From sequence record SRR2962707_925: DNA of 64,000 nucleotides. One strand, 5' to 3'. This document shows positions 44,997 to 55,242 of the stretch, piece after piece. Both the position numbers and the translations under genes were made by a program. The notes beneath the pieces were generated by a model that was not told where the DNA came from, made no database searches, and worked only from the letters and a program-made list of their open reading frames with translations. Position 1 is the first letter of the stretch; each line of letters opens with the position of its first letter.

Positions 44997-45101
44997 GTTT
45001 ATTTGTAGGCATTTACCGATGCGATCCAAAATCAAAACAATTACTCTGAGAGTCAGAGGCCCGTTATTTGGGAAATTGCCGTTTGGAACGAGGGTGAACT
45101 C

Positions 45102-45425
45102 ATGAAATACATCTTCGAGGTTCGCATACGAGAAGGGCACACGGCAGAGGAATACGCCGATGCCTGGGTTCGTGCCAGCGAGATCATCCAGCAGGCGCCG
45201 GGCGCGCGCGGAACAGAGCTGCACCGGAAAATTGGTGACCCGAATGTGCTGATTGCCATCGCCAGTTGGGACAGCAAAGAGCAGCGGGATGCCATGGAAG
45301 GGCAGCATAACCCGGAAGTGGCCCGAATCATCCGCAGCGCCGCGCCATTTTGCGAAATTACGCCGCTTGGCGAATTCGAGGACCCTGAGTGGGTAGTTAT
45401 GCCGCCTGGCAAGCGAGGTAGATGA
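45102..45425 (+). CDS. Antibiotic biosynthesis monooxygenase (ABM)-like dimeric alpha/beta barrel protein
   Basis: PGARGTELHR...IAIASWDSKE pattern; size 107 aa. Confidence 0.7.
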   Translation: MKYIFEVRIREGHTAEEYADAWVRASEIIQQAPGARGTELHRKIGDPNVLIAIASWDSKEQRDAMEGQHNPEVARIIRSAAPFCEITPLGEFEDPEWVVMPPGKRGR

Positions 45426-46016
45426 GTGGCCATGGCTCGAAAACGCCCGCAGATCCCATCCACGGCCGCATTGGGATTCCAGGCCGGCATTGGTGTGGTG
45501 GGGCTGCTGGCGATTTTTCTGTTCGGTATACCGGTTCAGTACGATGGTTTGAGCTTTGGCTCGGTCGTTCTATGGGGAGTGGCCGGCAGTGTGGCAACGT
45601 ACGTCGTGATCATGATGCTGACCTGGCTTCCGGGCCGGCTTCGTGACTCTCTGGAATCCCAACTGGAGCAGTTGCATCGTTTCGCCTGCGAGTATTCCTG
45701 GTCGGTGCTGGTAGCCTTGGCAGTCTTCGCAGGAGTCGGTGAAGAATTGCTGTTCCGCGGGGCGATCCAGGGTTGGCTGGCCCAACACACCCACGATGCG
45801 GTTGCGATAGTCGCTGCGTCGGTGCTGTTTGGCATGGTGCATTATCTTTCGTTCACCTACTTTCTATTGGCGACCGGGTTGGGAGTGGTGTTGGGAGTAG
45901 CGTATGCACTGACGGACAGCCTGCTGCTGGTAATGGTCTGGCATGGTGTTTACGACATGATTGCGCTGTACTGTCTGCGTCGGTTTCCGGAATGGTTTGG
46001 GGTGCGGGTTGGATAA
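45426..46016 (+). CDS. CPBP (CAAX/Abi) intramembrane metalloprotease
   Basis: EELLFRG, FGMVH, HGVYD motifs. Confidence 0.88.
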   Translation: MAMARKRPQIPSTAALGFQAGIGVVGLLAIFLFGIPVQYDGLSFGSVVLWGVAGSVATYVVIMMLTWLPGRLRDSLESQLEQLHRFACEYSWSVLVALAVFAGVGEELLFRGAIQGWLAQHTHDAVAIVAASVLFGMVHYLSFTYFLLATGLGVVLGVAYALTDSLLLVMVWHGVYDMIALYCLRRFPEWFGVRVG

Positions 46017-46581
46017 ACCAGAAACACATCGTCTGTTCTTCGGGTTGGAAATCCCCGATTCGGTGAAGCAGCGTCTGGTGTCAATTCAGCAACCGGTTGC
46101 AGGGGCGCGCTGGCAGCGACCGGATCAGTTGCATCTTACGCTGGTATTTCTCGGTAGTGTGGCCAGGCAGCGGTTGCCAGATGTATGTGATGCTGCCCGA
46201 AACCTGCCAGTTGGACAATTTGATCTCACCGTTTGCGGCCTGGGCTGCTTCGGCCGACCGGACTTTCCAAAAAATCTGTGGGCCGGAGTTCAGCCAGCGG
46301 ATAAACTGGCTGAGCTTCACGAGGTGCTTAACCAGAGTCTGTGCATGCCTGGGTTTGAGCAGGAAAAACGCCCGTTCTGCCCACATATCACGTTGGCTCG
46401 TTTCAAGAGGCAGCGTGGGTCAGTCGCCGAATTGCTTGAGTCTCAGGAACGACAACCTATAGGGACCTTTTCGGTGGGCGGGATCGCGTTGTTTGAAAGC
46501 ACACAGGGGGCTCATGGGTCTGTCTATCAGATCATTGAACGGTTTCCCCTCGCCGGAAATCCCGAGAGACTTTGCCGCTAA
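46009..46581 (+). CDS. thpR: RNA 2',3'-cyclic phosphodiesterase (2H family)
   Basis: RLFFGL, HLTLVFLG and PHITLAR (two HxT motifs); probable TTG start at 46009. Confidence 0.88.
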   Translation: MDKPETHRLFFGLEIPDSVKQRLVSIQQPVAGARWQRPDQLHLTLVFLGSVARQRLPDVCDAARNLPVGQFDLTVCGLGCFGRPDFPKNLWAGVQPADKLAELHEVLNQSLCMPGFEQEKRPFCPHITLARFKRQRGSVAELLESQERQPIGTFSVGGIALFESTQGAHGSVYQIIERFPLAGNPERLCR

Positions 46582-46601
46582 CACGATGTAAGGGGAGTCA
46601 A

Positions 46602-46997
46602 ATGTTCCACTACGAAACCGAACCAAGATTCAGCGACACCGACGCACTTGGCCATATCAATAACACGGTTTACCCGGTCTGGTTTGAGCAGGCGAGAACA
46701 CCGGTGTTCCGTATATTCCATCCTTCCCTGGAGCCGAAAGGCTGGCCACTGATTCTCGCCCGCATGGAAATTGATCTCAAAGCCCAGTGTTACTGGGCCA
46801 CGCCTGTTAAGGTGCGGTCCGGAATTGGCAAAGTCGGCAACTCTTCCTTCGAGGTAATCCAGGAAGCTTGGCAAAATGGTGTTTTGGTTGCGCGTGGCGT
46901 TACCGTGCTGATTCATTTCGACTACGAGACTCAAAAGTCGGTCCCCATCCCTGAAGCGGTTCGTAGCGAGCTTGCAGTGCATACTTTTGAGGCATAA
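46602..46997 (+). CDS. Acyl-CoA thioesterase (4HBT/YbgC family)
   Basis: RFSDTDALGHINN; GGAG RBS before ATG 46602. Confidence 0.88.
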   Translation: MFHYETEPRFSDTDALGHINNTVYPVWFEQARTPVFRIFHPSLEPKGWPLILARMEIDLKAQCYWATPVKVRSGIGKVGNSSFEVIQEAWQNGVLVARGVTVLIHFDYETQKSVPIPEAVRSELAVHTFEA

Positions 46998-47032
46998 ACC
47001 GCTGGATTGCCAACCACAGTTCCGGAGACAAC

Positions 47033-47461
47033 GTGGACACGCTTAACAATAACGAAGTGGAACGGATTTTTTCATCGGCACCGTTTGTTGCAGATATTGG
47101 TCTGGAACTGGTGTCTATCAAAACCGGTGAATGTCGCTCCCGTCTGGTACTGGCGGAACGGCATCTGCAGCAGGACGGTTTCGTGCACTTCGGGGTGCAG
47201 GCTACGGTGGCGGATCATACGGCCGGTGCTGCCGGTGCCTCCGCTGTTAAATCCGGGCAGATGGTCCTGACATCGGATTTCTCGCTGAAGCTGCTGCGGT
47301 CAGCCAGCGGGACACATATCGAGTGTGTCGCCACTGTGCTCAAGGCAGGCTCCACGTTAACCGTGGTAGAGTCTGAGGTGTACTGTGGCAAGGCCGGCGA
47401 CATGAGGCTTGTCTCCAAGGCAACGGTGACACTGGCCATTGTCAGCCCCAAAAACAGGTGA
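47033..47461 (+). CDS. PaaI family thioesterase
   Basis: HLQQDGFVH.GV.AT.AD hot-dog motif. Confidence 0.85.
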   Translation: MDTLNNNEVERIFSSAPFVADIGLELVSIKTGECRSRLVLAERHLQQDGFVHFGVQATVADHTAGAAGASAVKSGQMVLTSDFSLKLLRSASGTHIECVATVLKAGSTLTVVESEVYCGKAGDMRLVSKATVTLAIVSPKNR

Positions 47462-47472
47462 GGTGGCGTGCA

Positions 47473-47751
47473 GTGAAAGACATTTTTCGAAAGCTGTTCT
47501 GGCCCATTCTCTGTTTTTTCGAGAAAGGTGGAAGCGTCGAGGGTTATCGTCAGTCGCATCGTAAAATACTGCTGGTGGTCGGTTTCCTGTTCCTGGTTCT
47601 GTCCGGGGTGTCGCTTTTCTTTTCAATCTTCGCGGAAACCTTCAGCGCTTTGTTACCTATTGTGCTGTTTTTCGTGATCAGTCTCGTCTGTTTCGTGGTA
47701 GGACTGCTGGGCAGCGATAGTGCTGTAGCCCGGATCTGGGGCACCCGATAG
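47473..47751 (+). CDS. Small hypothetical membrane protein (2 TM)
   Basis: Two hydrophobic segments; tightly packed between same-strand genes; GAGG RBS. Confidence 0.6.
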   Translation: MKDIFRKLFWPILCFFEKGGSVEGYRQSHRKILLVVGFLFLVLSGVSLFFSIFAETFSALLPIVLFFVISLVCFVVGLLGSDSAVARIWGTR

Positions 47752-47754
47752 GCC

Positions 47755-49098
47755 ATGGGCCCCACCATTCCGCCGGAAAGCTTTATCGACCTGCTGCTGG
47801 ACGCACTCTGCGTTGTAGATCGCGATGGCTACGTTCGCTACGTCAGCGCAGCCAGTGAGCGGGTATTTGGTTATCTGCCGGAGGAAATGATTGGACGGCG
47901 AATCCTGGATTTTGTTCATCCGGAGGACCTTGAGAAAACGCGCCAGGCTGTCAAAGAAATCCTGCGGGGAGAGCTGAAGCCGTACTTTGAGAACCGTTAC
48001 ATCCGCAAGGATGGCTCAACAGCCCATATCATGTGGTCTGCCCGTTGGTCTGAAAAGGAACAGATCCGCGTGGCGGTCGCCCGTGACGTGACCCAGCGCA
48101 AGCGGGCCGAGGCTATGCAGGCCGCCATGTATGCCATATCGGACGCAGCGAACAGTTCGGATAGCCTGCCTGCCATGTTCCGGCGAATTCACCAGGTTGT
48201 GGAAGGCCTGATGTCAGCGCCTGCTTTTATGGTGGCGCTCGTGGATACGCAGGGCGGTGAGTTGTACTTTCCCTATAATGCCGACCGTCATGAGACGGGA
48301 ACCCCCGGTTTCTCTCAGGATATCGGTTCTCTCTGTGAACAGGTCATCCGTTCCGCCAGGGCTCTGTTGCTGACGCCCGGAAGCAGCGTGGCTTTTTCGC
48401 CTCAGGCGATCGATACCTCGCACGTTGAGGTACGTCACCACTGGCTGGGTGTGCCTCTGAAATCATCCCAGGGTGTGTTCGGCGCGATTGCCGTACAAAG
48501 GCAATCAAAGAGTGCGTGTTACACGGACGAAGACAGAGAGCTGTTGGAGTTTGTCGGCATACAGGTTGCCGCCGCGGTGGAGCGTAAGCAAATGCAAGCG
48601 CAATTGGAGCATATGGCCAGGTACGACCAGCTGACGGAATTGCCGAACCGTAGCCTGGTCCTGGACCGGATTCAGACAGCGCTTGCGCGTGCAGCCAGGG
48701 AAGTCGGCTTTCTGGCGATACTGTACCTCGATCTGGATGACTTCAAGCAGGTCAACGATACCTACGGACACGCCGTCGGAGATCAGGTCTTGCAGGAAAT
48801 GGCTCGCCGATTGGTGCAGGGGGTTCGGGCCGCAGATACGGTTGGTCGGCTGGGTGGCGATGAGTTCATCGTGCTGCTTGATGGAATTGAACAGCCAAGT
48901 GACGCGGACAGTGTTGCTGAAAAATTGCGGGCAACTCTCAGTGAACCCTACGAGTTGCCGATGGCCTCCCTGACATTGATTCCAAGTATTGGTGTGGCTG
49001 TCTATCCCGAACACGGGGACAACCATGAAGCACTGATTCGCTACGCAGACAGCGCCATGTACCGGATGAAAAAAGGAAGACCGGATCCGGTTTCCTGA
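47755..49098 (+). CDS. PAS-GAF-GGDEF diguanylate cyclase
   Basis: PAS (FVHPED, RKDG), GAF (WLGVPL), DLDDFKQVND, intact GGDEF with RAAD I-site. Confidence 0.92.
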   Translation: MGPTIPPESFIDLLLDALCVVDRDGYVRYVSAASERVFGYLPEEMIGRRILDFVHPEDLEKTRQAVKEILRGELKPYFENRYIRKDGSTAHIMWSARWSEKEQIRVAVARDVTQRKRAEAMQAAMYAISDAANSSDSLPAMFRRIHQVVEGLMSAPAFMVALVDTQGGELYFPYNADRHETGTPGFSQDIGSLCEQVIRSARALLLTPGSSVAFSPQAIDTSHVEVRHHWLGVPLKSSQGVFGAIAVQRQSKSACYTDEDRELLEFVGIQVAAAVERKQMQAQLEHMARYDQLTELPNRSLVLDRIQTALARAAREVGFLAILYLDLDDFKQVNDTYGHAVGDQVLQEMARRLVQGVRAADTVGRLGGDEFIVLLDGIEQPSDADSVAEKLRATLSEPYELPMASLTLIPSIGVAVYPEHGDNHEALIRYADSAMYRMKKGRPDPVS

Positions 49099-49109
49099 AC
49101 GTTTGCGTG

Positions 49110-49511
49110 TTACTCCCCGGCTCGTTTCCTGGCTTCGAAGTTTTCAAGCTCAACGTTGATGGCGTTGGTCGAAATCACGATTTCGTACAGCGAATACAAC
49201 AATGAGACCGACAGTAATATCAGGCTGATGCCGAACGCGATGGCCCCTGCAAGCTGAGCTCCCACAAACAGAACAAACATGGACATGGTGCAGACAAAAA
49301 AGCTGAGTACACCGTAAGCCTGCATCCGTTTAGTCAGCAAAATGCGTTTGCGCAGCATGCTGATCTGGCGGGCGATAAGGGCATGGTCTTCTTCCGTATC
49401 CATTTGCTTAAGCTGGCGTATCAATTGCGCTAGAACAAGAAAGCGATTGGTGTAGGCCAGCAGCAACAGTGAAATGGCGGGAAACAGAAGGGCGGGGGTG
49501 GTCAGTGTCAA
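49110..49511 (-). CDS. DUF2721-family membrane protein
   Basis: TTPALLFPAISLLLLAYTNRF motif; TTG start after a GGAG RBS (the ORF-track extension to 49691 is probably non-coding). Confidence 0.8.
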   Translation of the reverse strand: MTLTTPALLFPAISLLLLAYTNRFLVLAQLIRQLKQMDTEEDHALIARQISMLRKRILLTKRMQAYGVLSFFVCTMSMFVLFVGAQLAGAIAFGISLILLSVSLLYSLYEIVISTNAINVELENFEARKRAGE

Positions 49512-49630
49512 CGTCGACTCCTTGATCTGCACGGACAGGTTTGACCAATATAGCAGGCTTTGTCGGTTGCTGTAGCCCCATCTCATGCTTGGCACTTTGG
49601 CGCGGCTTCCAGGATTCATCACGGTGGTGT

Positions 49631-49694
49631 TGACGTTTTTGGTTGTGCCAGTGTCGTATTGGTTCAACCTGATAACTGAAAACAGGGTCACATT
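49631..49694 (+). promoter_or_regulatory. GlxA/GbdR-type activator site (21-bp-spaced half-sites) plus -10 upstream of the aminomethyltransferase gene
   Basis: TGACGTTTTTGG-N8-GTGTCGTATTGG; CACATT 37 nt after the proximal TGTCG; near-identical copy at 59305-59336. Confidence 0.7.
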
Positions 49695-49728
49695 AGAGCT
49701 ATCGACAACCCGGTAGGGGGAGATAGCA

Positions 49729-51090
49729 ATGGCCGTTAAATTTGAGCAAGCACTTCTGGATTATCCGCAGCAACGGGCGGGCGCCGCCCGCCAGCCTGAC
49801 AGTGTTGACCAGTCCGACCGTCGGGTTCCCATTAACCTGCGCCAGTCCGGCCCCACGCCGGTGGAGATGTTGATCTCCACCCGTGTACGCAAGTCGCCAT
49901 ACTGGCACCTGGCGTACGAAGCTGGATGCTGGCGGGCGACCGTTTACAACCGTATGTATCACCCCCGGGGCTATGTCCGTCCGGAAGATGGCGGCGCCAT
50001 GGTGGAATACGAGTCGCTGATACATGACGTCACCATGTGGAATGTCGCCGTAGAGCGCCAGATTCAGGTAAAGGGGCCGGACGCGGAACGCTTCGTGAAC
50101 TATGTGATTACTCGAGATGCCACCAAGATAAAACCTATGCGTGGCAAGTACGTCATCTTGTGCAATGAAGAGGGCGGCATTCTCAATGACCCGGTTCTGC
50201 TTCGTGTTGCCGAGGACGAGTTCTGGTTCTCCCTTTCCGATAGCGACCTGGAATTCTGGTTGCGGGGCGTCAACATCGGGATGGGCTTCAACGTCACCAT
50301 CGCGGAAATCGATGTAGCACCGGTGCAGATCCAGGGTCCCAAATCTGAGGCGCTCATGGCTGACCTGTTCGGTGAGCGAGTGAAGGATATTCCCTACTAT
50401 GGCTTGATGGAGGGCCAGGTGGCCGGTCATGACGTGATTATCTCCCAAACCGGTTTTACCGGTGAGAAGGGTTACGAGATTTACCTCAAGGAAGCCACCA
50501 AATACGCCGAAGACCTCTGGTACACCGTGCTTGCCGCCGGTGAGGCCCACAATCTGAGAGTGATTGCGCCGGCGCATCACCGCCGAATTGCTGCCGGTAT
50601 CCTTTCCTGGGGCCAGGATGTGGATCAGGAAACCCTGCCATTCCAGTGCAACCTAGCGTATCAGGTGCCTCGCAACAAGGACGCGGATTACATCGGTAAG
50701 CAGAAGCTCGAGAAAGTCCGCGAGCAACTGGACGCTGGCCGACCGCCTTTCAGTCACATCATGGTGGGTATCCGTTTTGGCGGTGGCCAGGTAACCGACT
50801 ATGCCAACGACTTCTGGCTGGTCAGCGGACCAGAAGGCGGCGAGCCAGAGGGCTATGTTACCTCGCCCTGGTATTCGCCCGAGCTGGAAACCAATATTGG
50901 CTTGGCCTATGTGCCGTTTGACCTGCGTGCTGTTGGCACCCGCCTGACGGTCCACCTGCCGGTGGAATACGCCGCTACGGATGGCTCAACGGCTGTCGAG
51001 GCGGAAGTGGTGGAAGTTCCGTTCCGGCCTTCGGTGAACCCCAACGCCCGCGAGAGGGCACGGGCGAAGGGAATCGACTTCGCGGACTAG
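49729..51090 (+). CDS. THF-dependent methyltransferase/aminomethyltransferase (GcvT superfamily, DmdA-like)
   Basis: RVRKSPY..TVYNRM, WNVAVERQ, GGILNDPV, FWFSLSDSDL, QIQGPKS..LM..LFGE, TGFTGEKGYEIY, C-terminal GYVTS barrel. Confidence 0.82.
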   Translation: MAVKFEQALLDYPQQRAGAARQPDSVDQSDRRVPINLRQSGPTPVEMLISTRVRKSPYWHLAYEAGCWRATVYNRMYHPRGYVRPEDGGAMVEYESLIHDVTMWNVAVERQIQVKGPDAERFVNYVITRDATKIKPMRGKYVILCNEEGGILNDPVLLRVAEDEFWFSLSDSDLEFWLRGVNIGMGFNVTIAEIDVAPVQIQGPKSEALMADLFGERVKDIPYYGLMEGQVAGHDVIISQTGFTGEKGYEIYLKEATKYAEDLWYTVLAAGEAHNLRVIAPAHHRRIAAGILSWGQDVDQETLPFQCNLAYQVPRNKDADYIGKQKLEKVREQLDAGRPPFSHIMVGIRFGGGQVTDYANDFWLVSGPEGGEPEGYVTSPWYSPELETNIGLAYVPFDLRAVGTRLTVHLPVEYAATDGSTAVEAEVVEVPFRPSVNPNARERARAKGIDFAD

Positions 51091-51100
51091 CAATGCAGTG

Positions 51101-51129
51101 GGGCAGACGGCGGTGGCCGTCGCCTGCCC
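51101..51129 (+). other. Intergenic stem-loop between the methyltransferase and metF-like genes
   Basis: gggcag-acggc-ggtg-gccgt-(cgc)-ctgccc; no U-tail. Confidence 0.45.
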
Positions 51130-51162
51130 GATGCAAGCAGGTATCAATGGGGTGCGTGATTC

Positions 51163-52092
51163 ATGAAACTGGTGAGTGATAAACAGCCGTTCAGTGCCCA
51201 TGACGCGGAAGCCACCGCACGGATGCAGGCCCTGGTACGTTGGGCGTCCATTGAGGCAACACCCCGCCAGATACTGGCACAGGAGCATTTGCCGGATTTG
51301 CTGCCGCGGGGCACCTGTGTCTACGTGCCTTTTCTGCCAAAAGGCCAGTTCAGCGATACCCTGCGGGCATGCCGACATACGCTGAGCGTTGGCATGCAGC
51401 CGATTCCTCACGTACCCGCACGTATGGCCGAGAGCCGCGGGCAACTTCGGGACTGGCTCTCGCAACTGAATGAAAGCGGCGTTGACCGTTTACTGCTGAT
51501 TGCCGGCGACAGCGATGCGATCGCCGGCCCTTTTCCAGATACCCTGGCCGTTCTGGAATCTGGCTTGCTGGCCCAGTTCCAATTCCATGGTATCGGTGTG
51601 GCAGCCCATCCGGACGGGCATCCCATGGCGGACCGGGCAACACTCATCCAGGCCCTTGGTATCAAACGCGAATACGCGCGCACGACGTCCACGCGGCTCT
51701 GGGTGGTCACCCAGTTCACCTTTGACGCCAACGTGGTCATCGACTGGCTGCAAAGCCTCGGCAGCATCCTGGAAGAGGTGCCGGTATACATTGGCATGGC
51801 CGGCCCGACACGGGTGAAAACGCTCATTGCCTATGCGGCTCAATGCGGAGTGGGAGCATCGGCCCGCCTGATGCTGCGACGCCCTGGCAGCGCCAAACTG
51901 TTGCGTGCGTGGTCGCCGGACGGAATGGTGCGCGCGCTTGTCCAGTATTGCCTGGACAACCCGGATACTTTGCTACGGGGCATTCATCTTTTCCCATTCG
52001 GTGGCCTGCGCCAATCGGCGCAATGGATTCAAGAACACAGTGGGTCCATTGAGGACCAGAGAGGTCAGTTCCATGAGTCTTCAGTACAGTAA
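51163..52092 (+). CDS. metF: Methylenetetrahydrofolate reductase (divergent MetF-like)
   Basis: [41 protein letters not shown]; an MTHFR barrel of the type seen in demethylation operons. Confidence 0.78.
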   Translation: MKLVSDKQPFSAHDAEATARMQALVRWASIEATPRQILAQEHLPDLLPRGTCVYVPFLPKGQFSDTLRACRHTLSVGMQPIPHVPARMAESRGQLRDWLSQLNESGVDRLLLIAGDSDAIAGPFPDTLAVLESGLLAQFQFHGIGVAAHPDGHPMADRATLIQALGIKREYARTTSTRLWVVTQFTFDANVVIDWLQSLGSILEEVPVYIGMAGPTRVKTLIAYAAQCGVGASARLMLRRPGSAKLLRAWSPDGMVRALVQYCLDNPDTLLRGIHLFPFGGLRQSAQWIQEHSGSIEDQRGQFHESSVQ

Positions 52093-53809
52093 GCTGACAC
52101 CCGCAACACCACCGGAAGCTGACTTTCCGCCGCCGGGCACTCCTGACATTGAGATCGCTCGCTCGGTCCAGCCTCAGTCTATTCTGCTGCTGGCCCAGCA
52201 GCGTTTCGGTCTGCCAGGGGAGAGCCTGGTGCCGTTCGGCCACTACAAGGCCAAACTGGATATGGCCTATGTGGATACCTCTGATAGTGCGCCCCGGGGC
52301 AAGCTGGTACTGGTGACCGCCATAACGCCCACGCCAGCGGGGGAGGGCAAGACCACCACCAGTGTGGGATTGAACGACGGTTTCAATCGCCTGGGCGTGC
52401 GTTCGTCCGTGTGCCTGCGGGAGCCCTCCCTGGGCCCCTGTTTCGGCATGAAAGGGGGCGCAGCCGGCGGTGGCCGCGCGCAGGTGATTCCGATGGAAGA
52501 CATCAATCTGCATTTCAACGGTGACTTCCACGCCATCACCACGGCCCATAATCTGCTGGCGTCGTTGATCGACAACCACATTCACTGGGGTAATGAAACT
52601 GGCCTGGACCCTCGTTATGTGAGCTGGCGGAGGGTGATGGATCTTACCGACCGATCCCTGCGCAACATGGTGTGCGGGCTTGGTGGTGCGGCCCATGGCG
52701 TGCCCCGGGAAACCGGGTTCGATATTACGGTGTCCTCCGAGATCATGGCGATCCTGTGCCTGGCGGACGGTCGGGCGGACCTCAAGCAGCGGCTGGGCAA
52801 TATCATTATCGGCAGGCGCTCTGATATGACTCCGGTGACCGTTCGTGACCTGGGTGTGGAAGGGTCGTTAACCGTGCTTCTGAAAGAAGCGCTGCAGCCT
52901 AATCTGGTCCAGAGTTTGGAGCACAACCCGGTGTTTATCCACGGTGGGCCGTTTGCCAATATCGCCCATGGATGCAACTCCGTGACCGCCACCCGTGCGG
53001 CTCTGGCACTGAACGATGTGGTCGTCACCGAGGCGGGATTTGGCGCCGACCTGGGGGCGGAAAAGTTCATAGATATCAAGTGCCGGCAAACAGGCTTGCG
53101 GCCAGACGCCGCCGTGGTTGTCTGTACCATTAGAGCACTCAAGATGCAGGGTGGGGTCCCTCGCAGCCAGCTCTCCGTTCCCGACCTTGCTGCTTTGAGG
53201 GCCGGTGCCGCCAACCTGGAGCGACACGTTCGTAATCTGCAGCAGTTCGGACTGACGCCAGTGGTGTGCATCAACCGTTTCCCAGACGATACCGAGGAGG
53301 AAATGTCGCTGGTGCAGTCCATCAGTGAGTCGCTGGGTGTGCGTGCTGTGCCTGCCGACCACTGGGCTATGGGTGGTGAGGGTGCCACCGAACTGGCCCA
53401 GGCGGTGCTTGATCAGATGGACGAAGGCACACCTGAGGTGAACTTTCTCTATGAAGACGGCCTGCCGCTGGCGGATAAAATCCGCACCATCGCCACGCGC
53501 ATTTACCACGCCGGTAGCGTGGAATTCACCACGGTGGCGAAGCGGCAGTTGGAGGAATACGAAAGCCTGGGGTTTGGCCACCTGCCAGTATGTATTGCCA
53601 AGACTCAGTACAGCTTTTCGGCGGACTCGTCGGTGAAGGGAGCGCCGTCCGGCCATATGCTTCCGGTAAGGGAAGTGCGCCTGGCGGCCGGCGCCGGCTT
53701 TGTGGTGGCGGTGTGTGGTGACATCATGACCATGCCCGGTTTGCCACGCCATCCCGCGGCACTGGACATTGCTCTGGATGAAAACGGCCTGGTGGTGGGG
53801 TTAACCTGA
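52073..53809 (+). CDS. fhs: Formate--tetrahydrofolate ligase
   Basis: [64 protein letters not shown] 52073 with GAGG RBS. Confidence 0.95.
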   Translation: MSLQYSKLTPATPPEADFPPPGTPDIEIARSVQPQSILLLAQQRFGLPGESLVPFGHYKAKLDMAYVDTSDSAPRGKLVLVTAITPTPAGEGKTTTSVGLNDGFNRLGVRSSVCLREPSLGPCFGMKGGAAGGGRAQVIPMEDINLHFNGDFHAITTAHNLLASLIDNHIHWGNETGLDPRYVSWRRVMDLTDRSLRNMVCGLGGAAHGVPRETGFDITVSSEIMAILCLADGRADLKQRLGNIIIGRRSDMTPVTVRDLGVEGSLTVLLKEALQPNLVQSLEHNPVFIHGGPFANIAHGCNSVTATRAALALNDVVVTEAGFGADLGAEKFIDIKCRQTGLRPDAAVVVCTIRALKMQGGVPRSQLSVPDLAALRAGAANLERHVRNLQQFGLTPVVCINRFPDDTEEEMSLVQSISESLGVRAVPADHWAMGGEGATELAQAVLDQMDEGTPEVNFLYEDGLPLADKIRTIATRIYHAGSVEFTTVAKRQLEEYESLGFGHLPVCIAKTQYSFSADSSVKGAPSGHMLPVREVRLAAGAGFVVAVCGDIMTMPGLPRHPAALDIALDENGLVVGLT

Positions 53810-54913
53810 CCCGGTGTTCTCGAAAATGCCATAGGTCGGCTCAGACCGGGCGCGCCTCAATGCCTGCAGAGAGGAAGACGGCAGGCTGGCCATGGAATCG
53901 GTAAAAACCGCGCTGGAAGAGCCCTGGGAATAAATTTCCATTCGCTCGTGTTTGGGCGCTCGCCCCATGGTCTTGCGATAGCATCGGCTGAAGTGGGTGG
54001 CGGACACGAACCCACACATGGAGGCGATTTCCACAATCGAGCAGGATGTCTGCTTGAGCAATCGGCGTGCCCGGTTAAGGCGCACCCGCAGGTAATAGCG
54101 CGAAGGCGTGCAGCCCGTGTGCTTGAGGAACAACCGTTCCAGTTGCCGCCGCGAAATGCCGGCCAGTGTTGCCAGCTCCTTCAGTTCGATGGGCTCTTCG
54201 ATATTGGCCTCCATCAACTGGGCCGCCTCCGCCAGTTTGGGTTGGGCGCACGCCAGTCGCGGGTGCATGGGCATCGGTTGCTGTTCACTTTCCTCGCGCA
54301 CCCGGTCGCACACAAACATGTGGGATATTGCATTACTGAGCTCCTGGCCGTGACGCCTTGCCAGAAAGCTGAGCATCATGTGCATGGGGACGGTACCACC
54401 GGTACAGGTCATGCGTTCCCGCTCGACGGTGAACAGGCGGTTGTTGGTCTGTACCCGTGGGAAACCCTCCTGCATGGCCTCCAGGCATTCCCAATGGGCG
54501 CTACAGGCATGACCGTCGAGAAGGCCTGCGCTGGCCAGGACATAGGGGCCAGTGCAGACCGCCCCAAGGAGGACGTGGCGACGCGCCATCTGCTTCAACC
54601 AGACGACCTCTTTGCGGGAAAAACTCCGGGTAACATCAATACCGGCCACCACGATCACCAGGTCAAACCGGTGCTCTTCCTGGATCGACCCGTCGGGCAG
54701 CATGGTAATGCCATCGCTGGCACGGGCAGGTTCGCCTTCGGCGGTAAGCAGCTTCCAGGAATAGAGTTCAGTACCGGCCAATTGGTTGGCCATGCGCAGT
54801 GGCTCAACCGCCGTGGCGAGGGCAATCAGGGTGAAATTATCGATCAGCAGGAAGCCGACCCGATAGGGCTCTTGGGCGGGCCTGTCTGTGTGTGAGCCTG
54901 TGTCAGCGGTCAT
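53801..54913 (-). CDS. GlxA family (DJ-1 + AraC) transcriptional regulator, GbdR/SouR-like
   Basis: [51 protein letters not shown]. Confidence 0.9.
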   Translation of the reverse strand: MTADTGSHTDRPAQEPYRVGFLLIDNFTLIALATAVEPLRMANQLAGTELYSWKLLTAEGEPARASDGITMLPDGSIQEEHRFDLVIVVAGIDVTRSFSRKEVVWLKQMARRHVLLGAVCTGPYVLASAGLLDGHACSAHWECLEAMQEGFPRVQTNNRLFTVERERMTCTGGTVPMHMMLSFLARRHGQELSNAISHMFVCDRVREESEQQPMPMHPRLACAQPKLAEAAQLMEANIEEPIELKELATLAGISRRQLERLFLKHTGCTPSRYYLRVRLNRARRLLKQTSCSIVEIASMCGFVSATHFSRCYRKTMGRAPKHERMEIYSQGSSSAVFTDSMASLPSSSLQALRRARSEPTYGIFENTGSG

Positions 54914-55044
54914 GGTAAACCCCCTTGCCCCGCCTGGGCCTGTCGCGGCAATGTCTGGCTGTCACACCAATTGTATTACCTCAACCTGAACACTAGTTGT
55001 TGCCTTTTGATAGTGCAATAAGTGATCAGTTCCAATGTGATCTC

Positions 55045-55118
55045 ATTCTATGCTGGCGGCCCGGTAGCGAATGGTCCACAACCGACACGGAAGTTTGCGG
55101 AATGATCCAGAAGCGACG
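55045..55118 (-). promoter_or_regulatory. Regulator promoter with GTCG half-sites and TAGAAT -10 (probable autoregulation)
   Basis: Minus strand cgtcgcttctgg ... gtgtcggttgtgg; TAGAAT starts exactly 37 nt after the proximal TGTCG (55087). Confidence 0.55.
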
Positions 55119-55147
55119 TTTATGCCACTATTCTGGTTGGTCAGAAC

Positions 55148-55211
55148 TGTCGTAAACCATCGTTCGAATGTCGTCAGCAAGCAGGCGGCGGATCGTCGAA
55201 GGCGCTATCCT
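55148..55211 (+). promoter_or_regulatory. sdaA promoter with TGTCG-N16-TGTCG and -10
   Basis: TGTCG at 55148 and 55169; TATCCT at 55206 (37-nt offset). Confidence 0.6.
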
Positions 55212-55242
55212 TGAAGCACACCCCAAGGTAGGAGGCTGAAAA

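Noticed and set aside
49512-49691. N-terminal extension of the DUF2721 ORF
   Set aside because: It overlaps the divergent promoter/operator; family similarity begins at the TTG at 49511.
49729-51090. Assigning gcvT or dmdA outright
   Set aside because: There are no gcvH/gcvP or dmdBCD/acuI neighbours, and similarity to DmdA is motif-level only.
51905-52072. 56-aa N-terminal extension of Fhs in the ORF track
   Set aside because: It lies inside metF; ATG 52073 has an RBS and gives a normal-sized Fhs.
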